From contig JBHGNT010000017.1 in NCBI GenBank assembly GCA_043228905.1, positions 6,758,001-6,822,000 of the forward strand: a stretch of 64,000 nt of DNA, read 5' to 3'. Below, one piece after another: positions 1-13,366 of this stretch (position 1 is the stretch's first letter; each line of letters opens with the position of its first letter). The position numbers and the translations under genes are program-made. Below the pieces are notes generated by a model. It saw nothing but the letters and a program-made list of their open reading frames with translations. It was not told the origin of the DNA and did not search any database. The DNA is from Azolla caroliniana (lineage: Eukaryota > Plantae > Polypodiophyta).

Positions 1-25
1 TAGAGAAAGGAGAAGAGATCCTTAC

Positions 26-290
26 CAGCTTTCTTAGCAGCACGAAACAGAAGTTCCTCAATGAGATATTGAGCAGGATCTCCTTCTGGGAATTTCTCCA
101 TAAACCATTCTACATATGACACTACTTCTTGGTTGCTAAAGTATTGATAGAGACCATCTGAGGACAATATCAAAAACCGATCCTTCGGACCAAGTCTGTG
201 ATGGTGCAATGCAGGTGTGCAATTAACATATGGAGAGGACCCAACGTACTCGATCTGAAACATTTCCAATATTGCACTATTCCACCTTGG
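26..290 (-). CDS. PLL: POL/PLL-like PP2C, exon 3 (last exon lies left of the window)
   Basis: AG at 292-291 and GTAAG donor at 25-21. Encodes [11 protein letters not shown]...[21 protein letters not shown]...[19 protein letters not shown]. Confidence 0.92.
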
Positions 291-481
291 CTGCACAATT
301 TACATAAACAAATATTAGCACTATGCATTCATGCCCCCTAGGAATGTTTAAATGATGAACATAGCGGTTAATAATCATTTAAATCCAAGAAATTATTTCA
401 ATGTTTGATATAAAAATATAGTTTGTTATTACACAAACAAGCATGTACAAAATGGTATATTATGACCAAACACATAAGCAC

Positions 482-595
482 CTTCTTCAAGAAACCAGCA
501 CCAAAGGCTCGAGTCACTTTCAATGTCCCCTTCACACGATCATTGAGAATACATGTGTCATCATCAGGATGCTCAGCTTTGATTCGACAAACTTC
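482..595 (-). CDS. PLL: POL/PLL-like PP2C, exon 2
   Basis: AG acceptor at 597-596 and GT donor at 481-480. 114 nt encoding [12 protein letters not shown]...[21 protein letters not shown]. Confidence 0.92.
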
Positions 596-685
596 CTATC
601 AGAGAAATTATACAATCCCAGCAAAATCACTAATTTGTTGAGCTGAGATCACATCAAAAGTTTTGAATCAAGAAAAGAAACTCAC

Positions 686-2710
686 CTCTTCAATACTTGT
701 GCTATGATCTATTGAGAGCTGCACAGCATCTAATGAAGAATTGAATAGGGAAGGGCCAAAAGTTGTCACAAATCCCGACGCACAAGTTCCCACCGGACTC
801 TCTTCTGAAATGCGTTCTAGATCTTGTCTACTGTGGTTGTCTCGCCCACAGCACCTTTTATTTGTATCACCATAGATAGAAGACAGCAAAGGTTGTTCAT
901 TTCTTTCTTGAGCAACAATCGCTCGGCTATCACCTACATTTAGTACATACACATCTTTATCTTTCATTAATGCAACTAAAATACATGAACCCATCAAAGC
1001 AAGCTCCGGATTCTCCTCCAAAGCATGATCCGTCATAGCCAAGTATGATTCTTCTGTTAGTTCAAGTGCTCGGGCCAAAGCTCTAAGCACAGAATCATGG
1101 TCCGTATCCTTTGTGAGTTCCTTGCCCTCTACTAGAGATTCGCCTCTATTCAGATGAAACTTTTTATGACCCTCTTGGTTTTGACTTTTTCTGTTCATGA
1201 ACTTTGGGATCGAACAAGATTTTCCACTCCCTGTTGTGGAAACCCTTTCCTGTCTACTGTCATTCTTAACCAAGTCACTGTTATTTATATTCTTGACCCC
1301 AGCATTGTCACGAGAAGTCGGTGTTTCCTTCTGACGCATACCTGTTCTCATAAAACCTGCCTCCGAATTCTGTATAGATACATTGAGTATATTGGATGCC
1401 TTGCTTTCACGTTTTATGCTTGCACCACTCGGCTTCACAATAGCCTCGACATTTGCATCAGCAAGCAATTCCCTCAAAGTTCGATTTCGAGTAAGAACAA
1501 CATTATTGATCTCTCCTAGTGGGTGGATTTCAGGATGCACATCGTCACATTCAGAGTTATTTGTATTTACATTTGCTTCCCTGTTCTCAGAAAATTTCCT
1601 CTCTTTGATCTCATCCTCGGGGTCAATTTGATCAGAACCTTCCCTGGAGGAATCCCATAGAATCCCTTGTAGCTCCTTGTACACTGTGCTGTACAGATTC
1701 CTCATGAGAAAATCGGGTGCATCCGGGCCATTGAATCCATCATAGATACCAACGAAAAGCCACCGATGATCCTCAGACACAACCACATGGGCGCGATCTT
1801 CACCAGCCTTTCCTTGCGCCCATTGAATGTTATGAAACTCAAGAGGATCGGTATTATCTGAGCATGCAGATCGAAGCTCATAAGGGGTTTCGTATATAGT
1901 AGTATTTTCTTCTTTTGTTCCATTGTGCCGACAAGGCCCAACAAAGTGCCTAACCGGAGCAACAAGGGATCGCCGGGTGCGAGCAAGAGTGGAAGAGATT
2001 GTTCTAGTGAGAGAACCTCTTATCGGTTTCCGGACAGAATCAAGCAAGTGAGAGATTGTTCGTCTCCCTCTGGGATGTCGTTGGGGGTGGTGGTAATGAT
2101 CAGCAAGAGGAGCGGAGAAATGGGCAGTAAAGGTAGTAGTTTGATTATCTATAGGACCAGATAAGGAAGCTCGTTCCAAGGGGCCAGACAAGAACCCTCT
2201 CTCCAAAGGGCCAGACAAAAAGCCTCTTTCCAAATGGCCAGGCAAGAGGGGGCCGGACATAAAGCCTCGTTGATGATAATCATCGGAGCCAGCCAAATGG
2301 GTGGAAGAAGCTCCCGTGATGGGTCCTGAGATAGAGACCCCACCTCCCCTGGGGACAGGTTGTAGGGGTAAGGAGGCGAAGGAAGGTGTGCTTTCAAAGG
2401 CAGCATGGCAATCCTCGGGAACATTTGCGAAGGTCTGGAATCTCTCATGCCCCAACACTATGGTCAGGGGAGTGGATGTGTTTGCGCTGACTGAAGCACC
2501 CGAGATGGATTTGAAAGCACCGCCACCGGAGATGTCTGCAGGATTCGATGTGGATAGGGTGGACAAAGTGTGGCCAGGAATTGGGCAAGGCGGGCGAGCA
2601 TAGTAGAATGAGTGGCCCAATCCTTCATCCAGAGGTGGAGGGGGCTCGTAGGAGAAAACATTGTGGTTGTCATTGTCGGGGACGAAGCAGTGGGAGACTT
2701 GATTCCCCAT
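686..2710 (-). CDS. PLL: POLTERGEIST/PLL-like protein phosphatase 2C (clade C), exon 1
   Basis: Starts MGNQVSHCF (myristoylation/palmitoylation-type N-terminus). Contains LDEGLGHSF, SGPL/SGPLER repeats, QWAQGKAGEDR, FVGIYDGFNGPDAPDFL, ELALMGSC, VLNVGDSRA and LSIDHSTSIEE. GT donor (GTGAGT) at 685-680. Confidence 0.93.
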
Positions 2711-2718
2711 CGCACATT

Positions 2719-3076
2719 GTATGTATGTATGTATGTATAGGTCGATCTCTCCCCCTCTCCTTCTCTCTCTCTCTTTCCCTCTCTCTGTTTGAGAAGGGAG
2801 AGGTGAGATGATAAGGAGTGATGACAATGATCAAGGAGGGAAGAGAAAGAGACAGAGCAGCCGGAAGAGGAGGATAAGCATATGGATGGAGATTAAATTT
2901 ACCTACCGCTCCTTCTCTGGCTCGCTCTGTGGGTGCGTTGCTGCTGTTCTGTTCTTTCTTCTTCTTCTTCTTCTTCTTCTTCTTCTTCCGCTTCACCTCC
3001 CCTGTTCCTTCTTATGTTTGCGGCCCTGCTGCTCCTCCACCTCCTTTCTTCTTCACTTCTCTAACTAAGTCTCTGC

Positions 3077-3133
<57 letters not shown>

Positions 3134-3330
3134 TCTCTCTCTCTCTCTCTCTCGGTCTTGTGGAAGACATTGGTCGCGCTCGCTGGGTCCAGACAAGACC
3201 AAAGGAACAGAGAGAGACAGAGACATAAAACAGAGAGAGAGAGAGAGAAAGAGATGAAAATGAAGAAGGAATTAGGTATGTATGTAAAAATGTGTGAATA
3301 TGTCCCCCAAGAGAGAGAGAGAGAGAGAGA
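2719..3330. repeat. Microsatellite cluster in the 5' UTR/promoter of the PP2C gene: (TATG)n, (CT)n, (TTC)n, (TG)n, (GA)n
   Basis: Directly visible, e.g. (TTC)n ~2956-2988, (TG)n ~3080-3132, (CT)n ~3133-3153. Confidence 0.95.
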
Positions 3331-4542
3331 CTGACCGAGTCATTCGGACCTCCAACACAGTCCCAAATCTTCTTCGCCCGTCCAAGTAACGGAACCAATC
3401 GGCCGGAGGACAGACATCACGACCTTGTCCATCGTCATCATCTTCTCAAGACCTCTCACTCACATTTGTGGAGCAGGTGCTAAGTTTATTCATTCTTCCG
3501 CGTTGCTCTCGAGCTTTGCCTATTCCTGAGTCCTTCAGCTTTCTCTCCCTCCCTCTCATGTAATTCCTTTTTGCTTGACCTCAAGTTTACTCCTTACCAT
3601 CGTTGACATACACAAGTGGCTTTTGTGGTTATCTAGGGGAGCCAAGTTCAAGTCAATACTCTTAATCATGTGAGAGTCCCCTATTCTTTAATATGGTTGA
3701 TCCGTTCCTCAAAAGCTCCATTAGGATCCCAACCATTTTCCGATCCTCGAATTGCATAACATAAGTGCAATGATCCAAACACATAGTGATGTTTTCACTC
3801 AAGGATATCACAACATGCATCACATCTACAACGTCTAATGTTGGTCAAAGGAAAAACTTGATGAAGCAACCTAAAGTGGGTAGGCATGATGCCACACACG
3901 GTGAAAGAGACAAACATGAGTTTGGCGAAGGGCCATTATTGTGATGGTACCTCGACTACAATCACAAGTACAGATTTGGGAACATTTTTAAAGATCGAGG
4001 CTCTTAAATACTTGTTAGAGAGAAAGAATTTGCTCTAGAGACTTCAACCACCATATGGGCTATGTTTATCCATGCCTTTAAAAGCTAGTGTGATGCCTCC
4101 CATGAGCTCTTCGAGATTTCCCAAGGAATGGAGAAGGCCTTGGTTATAACTCCAAGGCATGCTCACAAATTTTCATTGTTGATGACCTTGCACGGTAGTA
4201 CATGTCCCATCAATGATTTTTCCTACAAGGCCCTTTATAACTTATTCCGTTTGCTTTGTGTAGAGTATTGGTAAATGTCAATACTATCTCTTTGTACTAT
4301 CCTTGAATTTTAGGACATGCTAGCAAAATTTGAAGGGTCTTTCTAAAGCCTTAGTTTGGAAAATCATAAAAAATGAAAGAGAAGATGAGGACATGCATTA
4401 ATATGTCCAAATAGGCATATGGGACTGAAATGTCATACATCTTGTGGTCGATGGCCCTAAGATTCTTCAATGGGAGCTATGTTCCGATATGGTTGGTATA
4501 CACCTCTAAGATTTCACAAGATAAAGATGCAATCATTTGAGG

Positions 4543-4613
4543 AGAGAGGTAGCTCAGTTGGTAAGGTTGCCCAATGGAGACCAAGAGGTCATGGGTTAAA
4601 CCCCTACATTCCA
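4543..4613 (+). other. tRNA-derived A-box/B-box module (SINE-head-like or pseudo-tRNA)
   Basis: TAGCTCAGTTGGTAAG ... GAGGTC ATGGGTTAAACCCC with tRNA-like spacing. No intact cloverleaf. Confidence 0.6.
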
Positions 4614-4661
4614 CAGTGGCATCTAGTGATTTAAGAGATATGTATGAAGTAAATAATAGAG

Positions 4662-4733
4662 AGGTGAGAAAATTGGGTTTCGAACCCAAGACTGCAATGT
4701 TGTAGTGTAACAACTTACCACTAGAGTCTAGGG
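4662..4733 (-). other. tRNA-derived A-box/B-box module, convergent with the previous one
   Basis: Minus strand TAGACTCTAGTGGTAAG ... GTC TTGGG-TTCGAAA-CCCAA, a perfect T-arm. Confidence 0.6.
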
Positions 4734-4814
4734 TGATAAAAAAGAGAGAGAGGGACCATTTATTCAACTTTTTACACACAAAAAGGAAGACTACAACACT
4801 TCCTTCATTTTCCC

Positions 4815-5240
4815 ATGGTCAAAATACCTATAGCTTATTCATAAATTCCTATTCTTTTACGGTTTAAATGCACATCTTTTTCCTTCTTAAAGTCAAAATG
4901 TGAGGGCCACCTCCCCTTTACCATTTAAATGAATCTCTTCTTCTTTTTGAGTTGTTGCGAAGGTCAAAATTTAATCCATGTCTTTTGTGCCCACAAATTC
5001 CAACCATTGTGTCGTCCCTTTCCCAAAAGTCAGAAATACAATCCATGTGTCTTTTGCCCACAAACTCCGACTTTCATTGTTTCTTCCTTTTTTCTAAGGT
5101 CAAAATACATTTCACATCTATGGTGCCCACAAAACTCCTACTGTATGCATACATACATCATTGCTCCCCTCCCACCCCATGTCAATAGCCCTAAGGTCAA
5201 ATCCATCCATCAATTCCTCATCATCCCCGAGTCAAATAGC
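4815..5240. repeat. Degenerate ~70-bp tandem-like repeats (GGTCAAAAT...GCCCACAAA)
   Basis: Motif aggtcaaaat/agtcagaaat followed by gcccacaaa-tcc recurs 3-6 times. Confidence 0.45.
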
Positions 5241-8200
5241 CCGCAACGCTAATAGTACACATAATAATTCTAGAAGATGCCACATCTCAAATTCTTAGCA
5301 CTTGAGAAGATTTTGAAACTCTATGTTACTATTTATGGAGAGGCTATTTCTATTGAATGCCACTACTCTATGATTGCATCTCTATCCCATTTTACTATGG
5401 ACTTTCCAAAAGAATGACAAGTTTCTCGACCAACTTGATAGTAAATTCTAGATATTCTCCTTTGTTAGCAAATTTGATTTGTGAGGCTTCATTCCTCATG
5501 TTATTTTGCAATACATTTTAGTTTTTGATTGAGTGACATTTTGGTGGGCAATCTTGATTTTATGTAACCATGAATGAAGTCTTCAATTAACCCCACCATA
5601 TAGATACGGTATACCTTTTGAATTTTTTAGATGTCGGTTAGACAAAGTTAGTAACATACATGGTTGGCCATATTATACAATTTTCTTATTACCTTGAAGT
5701 GCATTTAAGCACCATTTTGTCCACAATGCCTTATTGTAAGTCACTTTAGTTGGTATTTTTCTATGTGTTTTCAAATGAGCAATAAGAAAAACCATTGCTA
5801 ACTCTTACCATTCATCATATGTCCCCACACCTTACTTCATTTGCACATTTTCTTATAACCCAAGCAAATCTTCCTTCTTCATGCGTCAAGTTTTAGCGCA
5901 TTTAGTTTAAACACGTGTCATGTTCTAATCTTTGCAAGTGTATAGGGTCATCAGACATCAATCTTGATCATCCAAGAGTTAGAGCTCCAAAATCTTTATA
6001 TAAATGCATTACATTAAATGTCCACTAGTGTCATAGAATTTGCAACCCTTTGCATTGCCACACTTTGAAATAGAATTATTGGCACAAGAGCACCCTCATG
6101 TGTGTTGAATGATAATCATTATTCCAATGATTGCAAAACAATGTGCTGCTTATCATGCCATCATTATACTTTCCCTTACAACTTGTTCTCTTTGAGAACA
6201 AACATGGTTGTACATTTGTTTTTTTCTCTTTAGGTATTTGTCATTGTAGTTGATTTTTCCCACAAGACATGACCAAATTACTCCACAAAGTCCTTGTGGT
6301 ACAAGTCTCTCAAAAACTATGTAATGTAAATGATTCAACATATAAATTGAAACAAATGATTTCATTAATGCACACAATCGATACTGATTTCAGCATTTAT
6401 ATTCAGAAATTTTCAATTGCTACAATTATTGTTCTCACATGCCATTTTGTTTCTTTATTTCAAGATGCAAAGAGTTGCATCATTCAATGTTCTAATACAC
6501 AGTATGGGAGAAACAATGTCTCTTTTCAAACAATAAGTTAAGGAGATTATATCGGGTTGTTAAGGACAAGTAGCCTTTGATGCCTTGATATTAAAAAGTG
6601 GCACAAGGACAAGAAATAGATGAGATTGCTAGCATAACTTTTTCTTGTCTTCTTTGCATACGGCTTTGCACCTTGTCTTTTGTGCCCGTCAAAATCACAA
6701 TCAACATTTTATATCCTAAAAAGTAATAATGGACCAAAAAGGTATTGTCACAAAAATAGAACATGTATTCACACACAACTATATGAGCCGACATAGGCCA
6801 TCTTGCAAAAATGTGGTTATTTTGTAATTTAGAGTTGAGAGACTTGAATCTCACATCATCAAGGAGATAATAATTGGCCTGGTCATATTTATTTTTTTGT
6901 AAGCTCCAATAAGAAGTAATCATTATAAAGGTGGCACACTAAGAAAATGGCATGGTAATGTATTCAAATTATTACATAGAAGTTGCCAACTATAGGTACT
7001 ATTTTCATGTGATCAAGGGTGACTGTTTTTAGAATCTTACACTTTTGGATATGATGAATTAGAAAGTGGCATGCATTATTTGCACAACTACATGAGAGAC
7101 AATCTTTAGCCATTACAATGTGATGACCATTTAATGCACACAATTATTTAGGTGTCTCTAAATATGAACTATGTCAAGATGTACATCACTAATGGCCATG
7201 TAGTTGTGATTGTTTTCATAATCGTAGCACCAAACAACATCAAGAGCAAGTATGTTGTTCTGAGAGAGAGTTGGTTACTCGTATGTTTTGTCATGTGGTA
7301 AAGTTAAAAAGAATCAATGTTGCACATTCCTATGTGACATTTTTGAATTGTTTTCTCAAACTCTTGCAAAAACTTTCGACTCTAATTACAAAGTGTGACC
7401 TTTCCATACTTTACCTTAGAGTCCATGTTGTACCCAATGTTGTTGTTGGTATAAACTCATGATATACCTTATTTTAACATATACATTTGCATCTTGAAAT
7501 TTACTTGTCACCAAAATTCACAAGTATTCAACGTAGTATACCGAGAGAAACTAAAAGATGGCGTTGAACCATATGTGTGTTGTTTTTGTATTTAATTGAT
7601 AAAGCATCAAGGTCATTGCATTTTTCTTATTCATTGTTTGTTATTGACATGTGCAAGCAAGAATTGTTTGATTACTTATTGATTTGTCCGTACTTGAGTT
7701 AAGGATTAAATAAGTGCAACACACATACTTTGCATGTACAAATATGTTCATAATATATTAATTTCTTTTGATACCATATCCACTAAAAAATGCATAAAAT
7801 CCTTATAAATATGCACATACACGTTTTAATGAAATAAGATAAAGTAACACAATGGAAACTAGGAATTCCAATTTTCCCAAACCAAGAAATGTTCGAGGAA
7901 AAGAAAATGTCATGCAATAGTAGCATCATTGGGATAATATGAGCAAGTTACAAATGTTTGAGGGAATCCATTGGAAAAGAAAAATACATGCATCATTGTT
8001 GTGAAAGCTATTAATGGAAGGAACAATAAAAATGGAGAAATATAACAACAAAACTGATTAGTATAGTGCAATGTACTACAAGATGCTTAACATTGTCTCT
8101 TAAGGGAATCAATGCAAGCGTGGCTAGAACTAGGATCGCAACTTGCCATACTCATGGTCAAAGTTTTGCTATAGTATGTTTTAATAACGTAAAACTTATA

Positions 8201-11200
8201 TACCATGATCCCATTTGTTAATCACGCCTCACTTTAATAATCAACATCAAATTCTTAATAAAAAGTCGAGGGTATACTACGGATTTAACATTGTGAATCC
8301 TCCTGATAATTGTTTCCATTAAGTAATGGAAGTTGGAAAAACCTCCTCAAAGTTCATGAAGTACAAACACTATGTCCTTTTTTAATTGAGGAGAGAGCAC
8401 AAAAGTTTGACTTGGAAGATGCATGTCATTCTCGTTTTCACATTTTAAAAGGAAAGAGTGGAGTGCAAATCTCAAAAGTCGTTCAAGATCCAAATTTCAC
8501 TTTAAGTGGGTCATACTTTTCGCATGTCATATATGTCTTTTTGGTCGACAGATCTTGTCAACATAAACATTGATTCAATATATCATATCTAGTAGTACAC
8601 ATGTTGGTTGTTTCGAAAGTGTAAAGGAATTGTCAAACCAAGGAAATTTTGAGTCAATATACAAAAAGATGTTAGTATATCTTATGTATATGGTACTAAA
8701 ATAAATGCCATGGTGGTAAAGGAACCATTCAAGTCTCCACAGACGGTACCCTTGCTTAACAAATACACCTATTATATCACATGTAATTTATGTACCCCAT
8801 AGATACTCTTTTATGGCAGTTGTTTAGATGTTAACGTAGTTTTTTCTACACAAAAGACACTTCTCCATTATTTTACAGTTAGACCTTTAAACAAAAAAAA
8901 ATTGCTCGCCCTTGAAAGCTTGAACCGGATATTTTGAAATGTCGAGATTCTCTTTTTCACCAAATGAAAATCCTTATTGTTGAGCTTGAGGTCGAATGTC
9001 ACTACCAGATGAAAAGATTCTTTACTATTTGTATACGAAAATTTTCTTTGGACAAGACAAAGATGTAAAAGGGAGAACCTATGTGAACCTATCTACACTC
9101 ACCAATATCTTAAGCTCACATTACATTCCTTAAAAATGTTTCAAAGGTAAGCAAGGGTAACCCTAGTTAGGTAGGAGGACAACATGTTTATAAGTGTCAT
9201 TTTGCTTTAATTTTGTTCATTAGTTTTCCACCTTATGTTTTTATGAACTTGACAATTTGCTTCGGTGCTCTATATATTTTATCTTAAAATTTAGTTTCCT
9301 TAATAAAACCTTATGGAAATACATCATTTGTAAAATGATCATGGCCCTAACCAATTCTTAGGAAAATTGTCTTTTCCCTCGATTTTTATTTATTGGGTAG
9401 CGATATGTCTTTTCCTTAAAAAGAATTTATGTACAAACTAGTTTTGTTTTATTTTAACTACATCAACAATGACTCTTGAAAGCCTTTACAAGCATTCAAC
9501 GTTCTTACCTTTTATTACCTTTGTTGATCAATATTCTTATTTTTTTATGTGGACTATGTAGAACTATAAAGGATTGGCGCGTGACTTTTGCTGGTTTTTT
9601 TGTTGGTTTAGGAGTTGTTCCTCCATGTTGTATATACTAATCCCATTGTGGATTTGAGTTGAACTTTGTGGTATTTTGTTTGCTAACTAATGTGAATTAG
9701 TGTTTTTTGGAAAAAAAAACTCTAAAGGAGTGTCACTTGTTAAGTTGATTTTGTTTCTCAATATTGGCTTGATCATTTTCTTCTTATTCTTGTACATCAC
9801 TTTGACCTCTTCATCACTTTCTACTTATTCTAGTATGTGAGGTTTACCCCTTGATATCATTACATATATGTTTCTCCAATTGTTTACTCCTTAATATAAT
9901 TTGGTATTATCATTTAATATCCTTCATGATCTGCTCCCAACTTTGTCCTACCATCGAGCTCTCAATCAATGGTATGACTCAAATAACTCCACCCATTCAA
10001 GCCCTTAAAAAATGCAATATGACATGTGAAAACATTTTGAAATAGTCAAAATACTCGAATGGAGAACTTTTACTTGTCAACATGGATATGGGGGAAGTAC
10101 ATTTGTCATTCATAGACATGTACCATTGTAAAGTCATTGTCTGAAACAAAACATAAAACATGTTATAATTGATACAATATATGCATAATTGTATAATGAT
10201 TTATAATATCAAATGCAAGTTATGTAAGGCCTTCCACAATCTGAAACAAATGTTTATTTCTCACTTCGACTACCTTGAGCTCAATGTCTCGAAACATACC
10301 AATGTCTACCCTTTTGTTGGCGAGATGCGCGAGGTCGAGGATCAACCACGAGGAGCTACTTACATTAAAATGACTATCAATAAAGCAAACTCTAAATTCA
10401 TTCTACACCTTAATTACTTTCATGAGATTAATTAAATACTTAAAAACATGTGAGACTTTACCACACTTGAGCACTCGAGGCAAGAGCAACATGGAGGGAA
10501 ATCAACAACATGGCTTCACTTCTATTATCCGCACTTTATGTAAATATAATTTCTTAGGAAAGCAAATTAAGCTCTAAACTTATACTTAAGAAGACAATTA
10601 AGGAGTAAGAGAGAGGCTTAAGTTCAGCTCTAGGAAATATGTTAAAACGAGGAAGAACCCTAGTGAAAGGTTTCTAATTTCATCTTTAACTTCCTCCTTT
10701 TTGAACTAGATTACATTTATGTCCCTTTAACACTCAGGAGGTTATATAAGGCTTATATATTACCTTTATACCCGTAACCATCTTAGGGTCACACTCTCTC
10801 TATTGCCCTACTTCTATAAGGAGTATTGAGTGTATCCTAAACCATAACATTTGAGGTAGAGGTTAGGTGAGTACATAATAGGTTTTTAGTTAGGAGTAAG
10901 CAATTATGATGATTCTCATGATTTTGTTGATATCGGAGGTGTTTAACACCAAAATCACTTAGATTTGGCTCCAATGTAAACGTGATAGAGTGAATGTGCG
11001 TGAAGTGTATGACAAAGAAAATGTTCATTTATGTTAAAGAAATTTAATTATACAATTGCACTATTGTTTGCTACAAAGTAATATTATACTCATTCATGCA
11101 ATGAAGATGTTATATGGAGGGAATGCTTTTAAGGGTGTCCATAATAGGAAAATCTAATTAATGACAATAACAAAATATTGATAAATGAGCATGCTATGAC

Positions 11201-12524
11201 ATGTGTATAAAAAAAACATATTTCTATTATATTACGTGGGTTGATGTAGTTAATATTACTTTGACGTAGATTACATCATCTTGTCTATAATGTTATGTGG
11301 GTTTTTGAGTAAATGTTACATTTATTTTTACCATAAGAAGTTATGAAAATACATGTTTCTATGATATTATGTGGATTTATGAAAATGTCTATACTTGTCT
11401 ATACTTTCGAATCGGGTTGACATATAAAAAAATACACATTTCATGAAATTGTAAGTTGCATGTCAAATCCTAATGGTGCTCTCAATTAACCTCATTTGAT
11501 TGGCCATCTTTGTTGTAAACTTTGTGTGATTTTGATTTTCAATAAACTCCTAAATTTGAAGGTATTCCCACTTCTGATTACATGGGTTTCCTACATCTTA
11601 TTCACATTTGATATAATTCTCCATGTTGTATGGACTAATCTTCCATTTACTTAACAATTCTAAAATATTCGAGTCCACCTACCCAGCCGTGAACAATTGT
11701 TTTTGACACATGTACATCTAACTTCCGTCAAATCATCTTTTTGACATGTTTGAATTAAATGAAATTGTTGGTATAGGAAGACATTTCAACAACCTACCAA
11801 GGCACACACATATTGTTTCACATACACGCATATGTTTATCATGTGATAAGATGTAATAAAAAACGAGTTGCAAGGATCCACATTACCAATCTTATTTTTT
11901 ACATATTTGATGTGAGGTAGGATGTCGTGCTCTCTTTTTTATTCTTGATATGTCATTGGTTTGCTACATACTTCACTCCATCAGTTTGAGGTTAAGATCA
12001 CTCCATCAGTTTGAGATTAAGACAACGAGATATAGGGTTTGAGAAGTGAGTGGAGGACGTCTATGCTGAATTCGGGTTGTATGAGGCTCACATGGAGAGT
12101 ATGCATTCGGGTAATGCTATGCTCATCGAATGATGTGGTGTTTTGGACTTGTTTTTGTTGTTTCCTCTACACATATTGTTTTCTTTTGACATGCAAGGTG
12201 GCCTGTAAGATATGAGTTGTATATTATCCTATGTACATTGCCTTAACTAATGGAAGTAGTTTTTTTTCTTTTTCTGGAAAGACAACGAGATATACAACCA
12301 TACCTCTAGATGTAACAAGATGGATCATAGTTGTCACATAACAACATGACCAATCGTGAAGTGTTTTTTTTCTTGGGAGGGGGGGGGGGGCTTAAAGTGG
12401 CAAAATGCCTTTGTTTTTCCAACCATGAGAATACGTGATTGTGTTTGGTAAATGTGGATCACAACTTTCACATTTCCACTACATGCACATCACTAAATAA
12501 TAAGGGAGTAAGATAGGGGTTTAG

Positions 12525-13366
12525 TGTGACGATGACTTCCTTTTCTTACATTAAACCTAAACGAATCATAAAATAAATCACACTCAAATATTTGGAAATA
12601 GATCAATTCAGAACTGACGGGGGGGCGTTCACACATTCTTCTTCTTTGTACATTCAACGTGCCCACATAGCACTTTTTATACAAGCGTTGACGAGCGGGC
12701 TGACACAAGTACTATCAATACTTTAATGCTCATGAATGAGCCAGACACTAATAACCTATAATATTCCTATTCACTAAAATAGGAATATATGCCCCTAAGG
12801 TCTTGTCGGATTTCATCCGACTTGGCATAGTCGATCGGTCTCCATTCAATCCACCTCTCGATTTCTTCAGCCAATCCGGGCCTAACCGATCGGTTTCCAT
12901 CCGATCCGGTTCTCAACTTCTTCAAAAGATCCGGCCCAAGTTGAGCTTGCTTGCTCAACACTCCCCCTCAAGCTCAACTTGAGGTTCTTTGTCAACTCTA
13001 GCGGGTCCACCGCACTAGCTTCTCCTGACTTTATGCCTCTTAGGTTGCGCTCCTCGACCTGCTCGGTTGGGTTGTTTGCTGCAAAGGCCTTTGTCGGTCT
13101 TCTTCTTGCCTCTGCGACTTCGGCACCCCTCGACCCATCGGCTCTCTTGCCTTGGCATAGTCTTCGGCTGCCTCCTCGTCCGTTTGGCCTTTACGCGATT
13201 TGGCTCTTCTGAGTCACCTTTCTCGACCGAATCAGCTATCTCCGATTCGTCTTCTTTTAGGCCTTTGACCACGTATGCCCATGCCTTGATCATGACCTTC
13301 TTCCGTAGGTTGGCTCTACCCGTTGTGGCTCTGCCACATGTCTTGCCTTTCTCGGCTCTGCCACAT
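12525..13366 (-). mobile_element. Copia element A, 3' end: 3' LTR (~12525-12960), PPT and post-RNaseH tail
   Basis: Minus strand AGCTTGAGGGGGAG-TGTTG (PPT then LTR start at 12960) and a TATAAAAA box in the LTR. Left LTR border uncertain. Confidence 0.6.

Noticed and set aside
2711-2827. Upstream extension of the 719-aa ORF as the PP2C N-terminus
   Set aside because: It is microsatellite read-through. The family-typical start is MGN at 2710, and the ORF tail (VSFFS) is intron.
2670-3398. ORFs with poly-K, poly-F, CV or TH runs
   Set aside because: Translations of microsatellites.
3600-6200. Decayed LINE remnants (NHFPIL-like at ~3730)
   Set aside because: Only isolated short motif resemblances with no sustained frame; needs a profile search.
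11973-12021. 24-bp direct duplication; also the AATATCT repeats at 22310-22426
   Set aside because: Simple local slippage or filler with no further structure.
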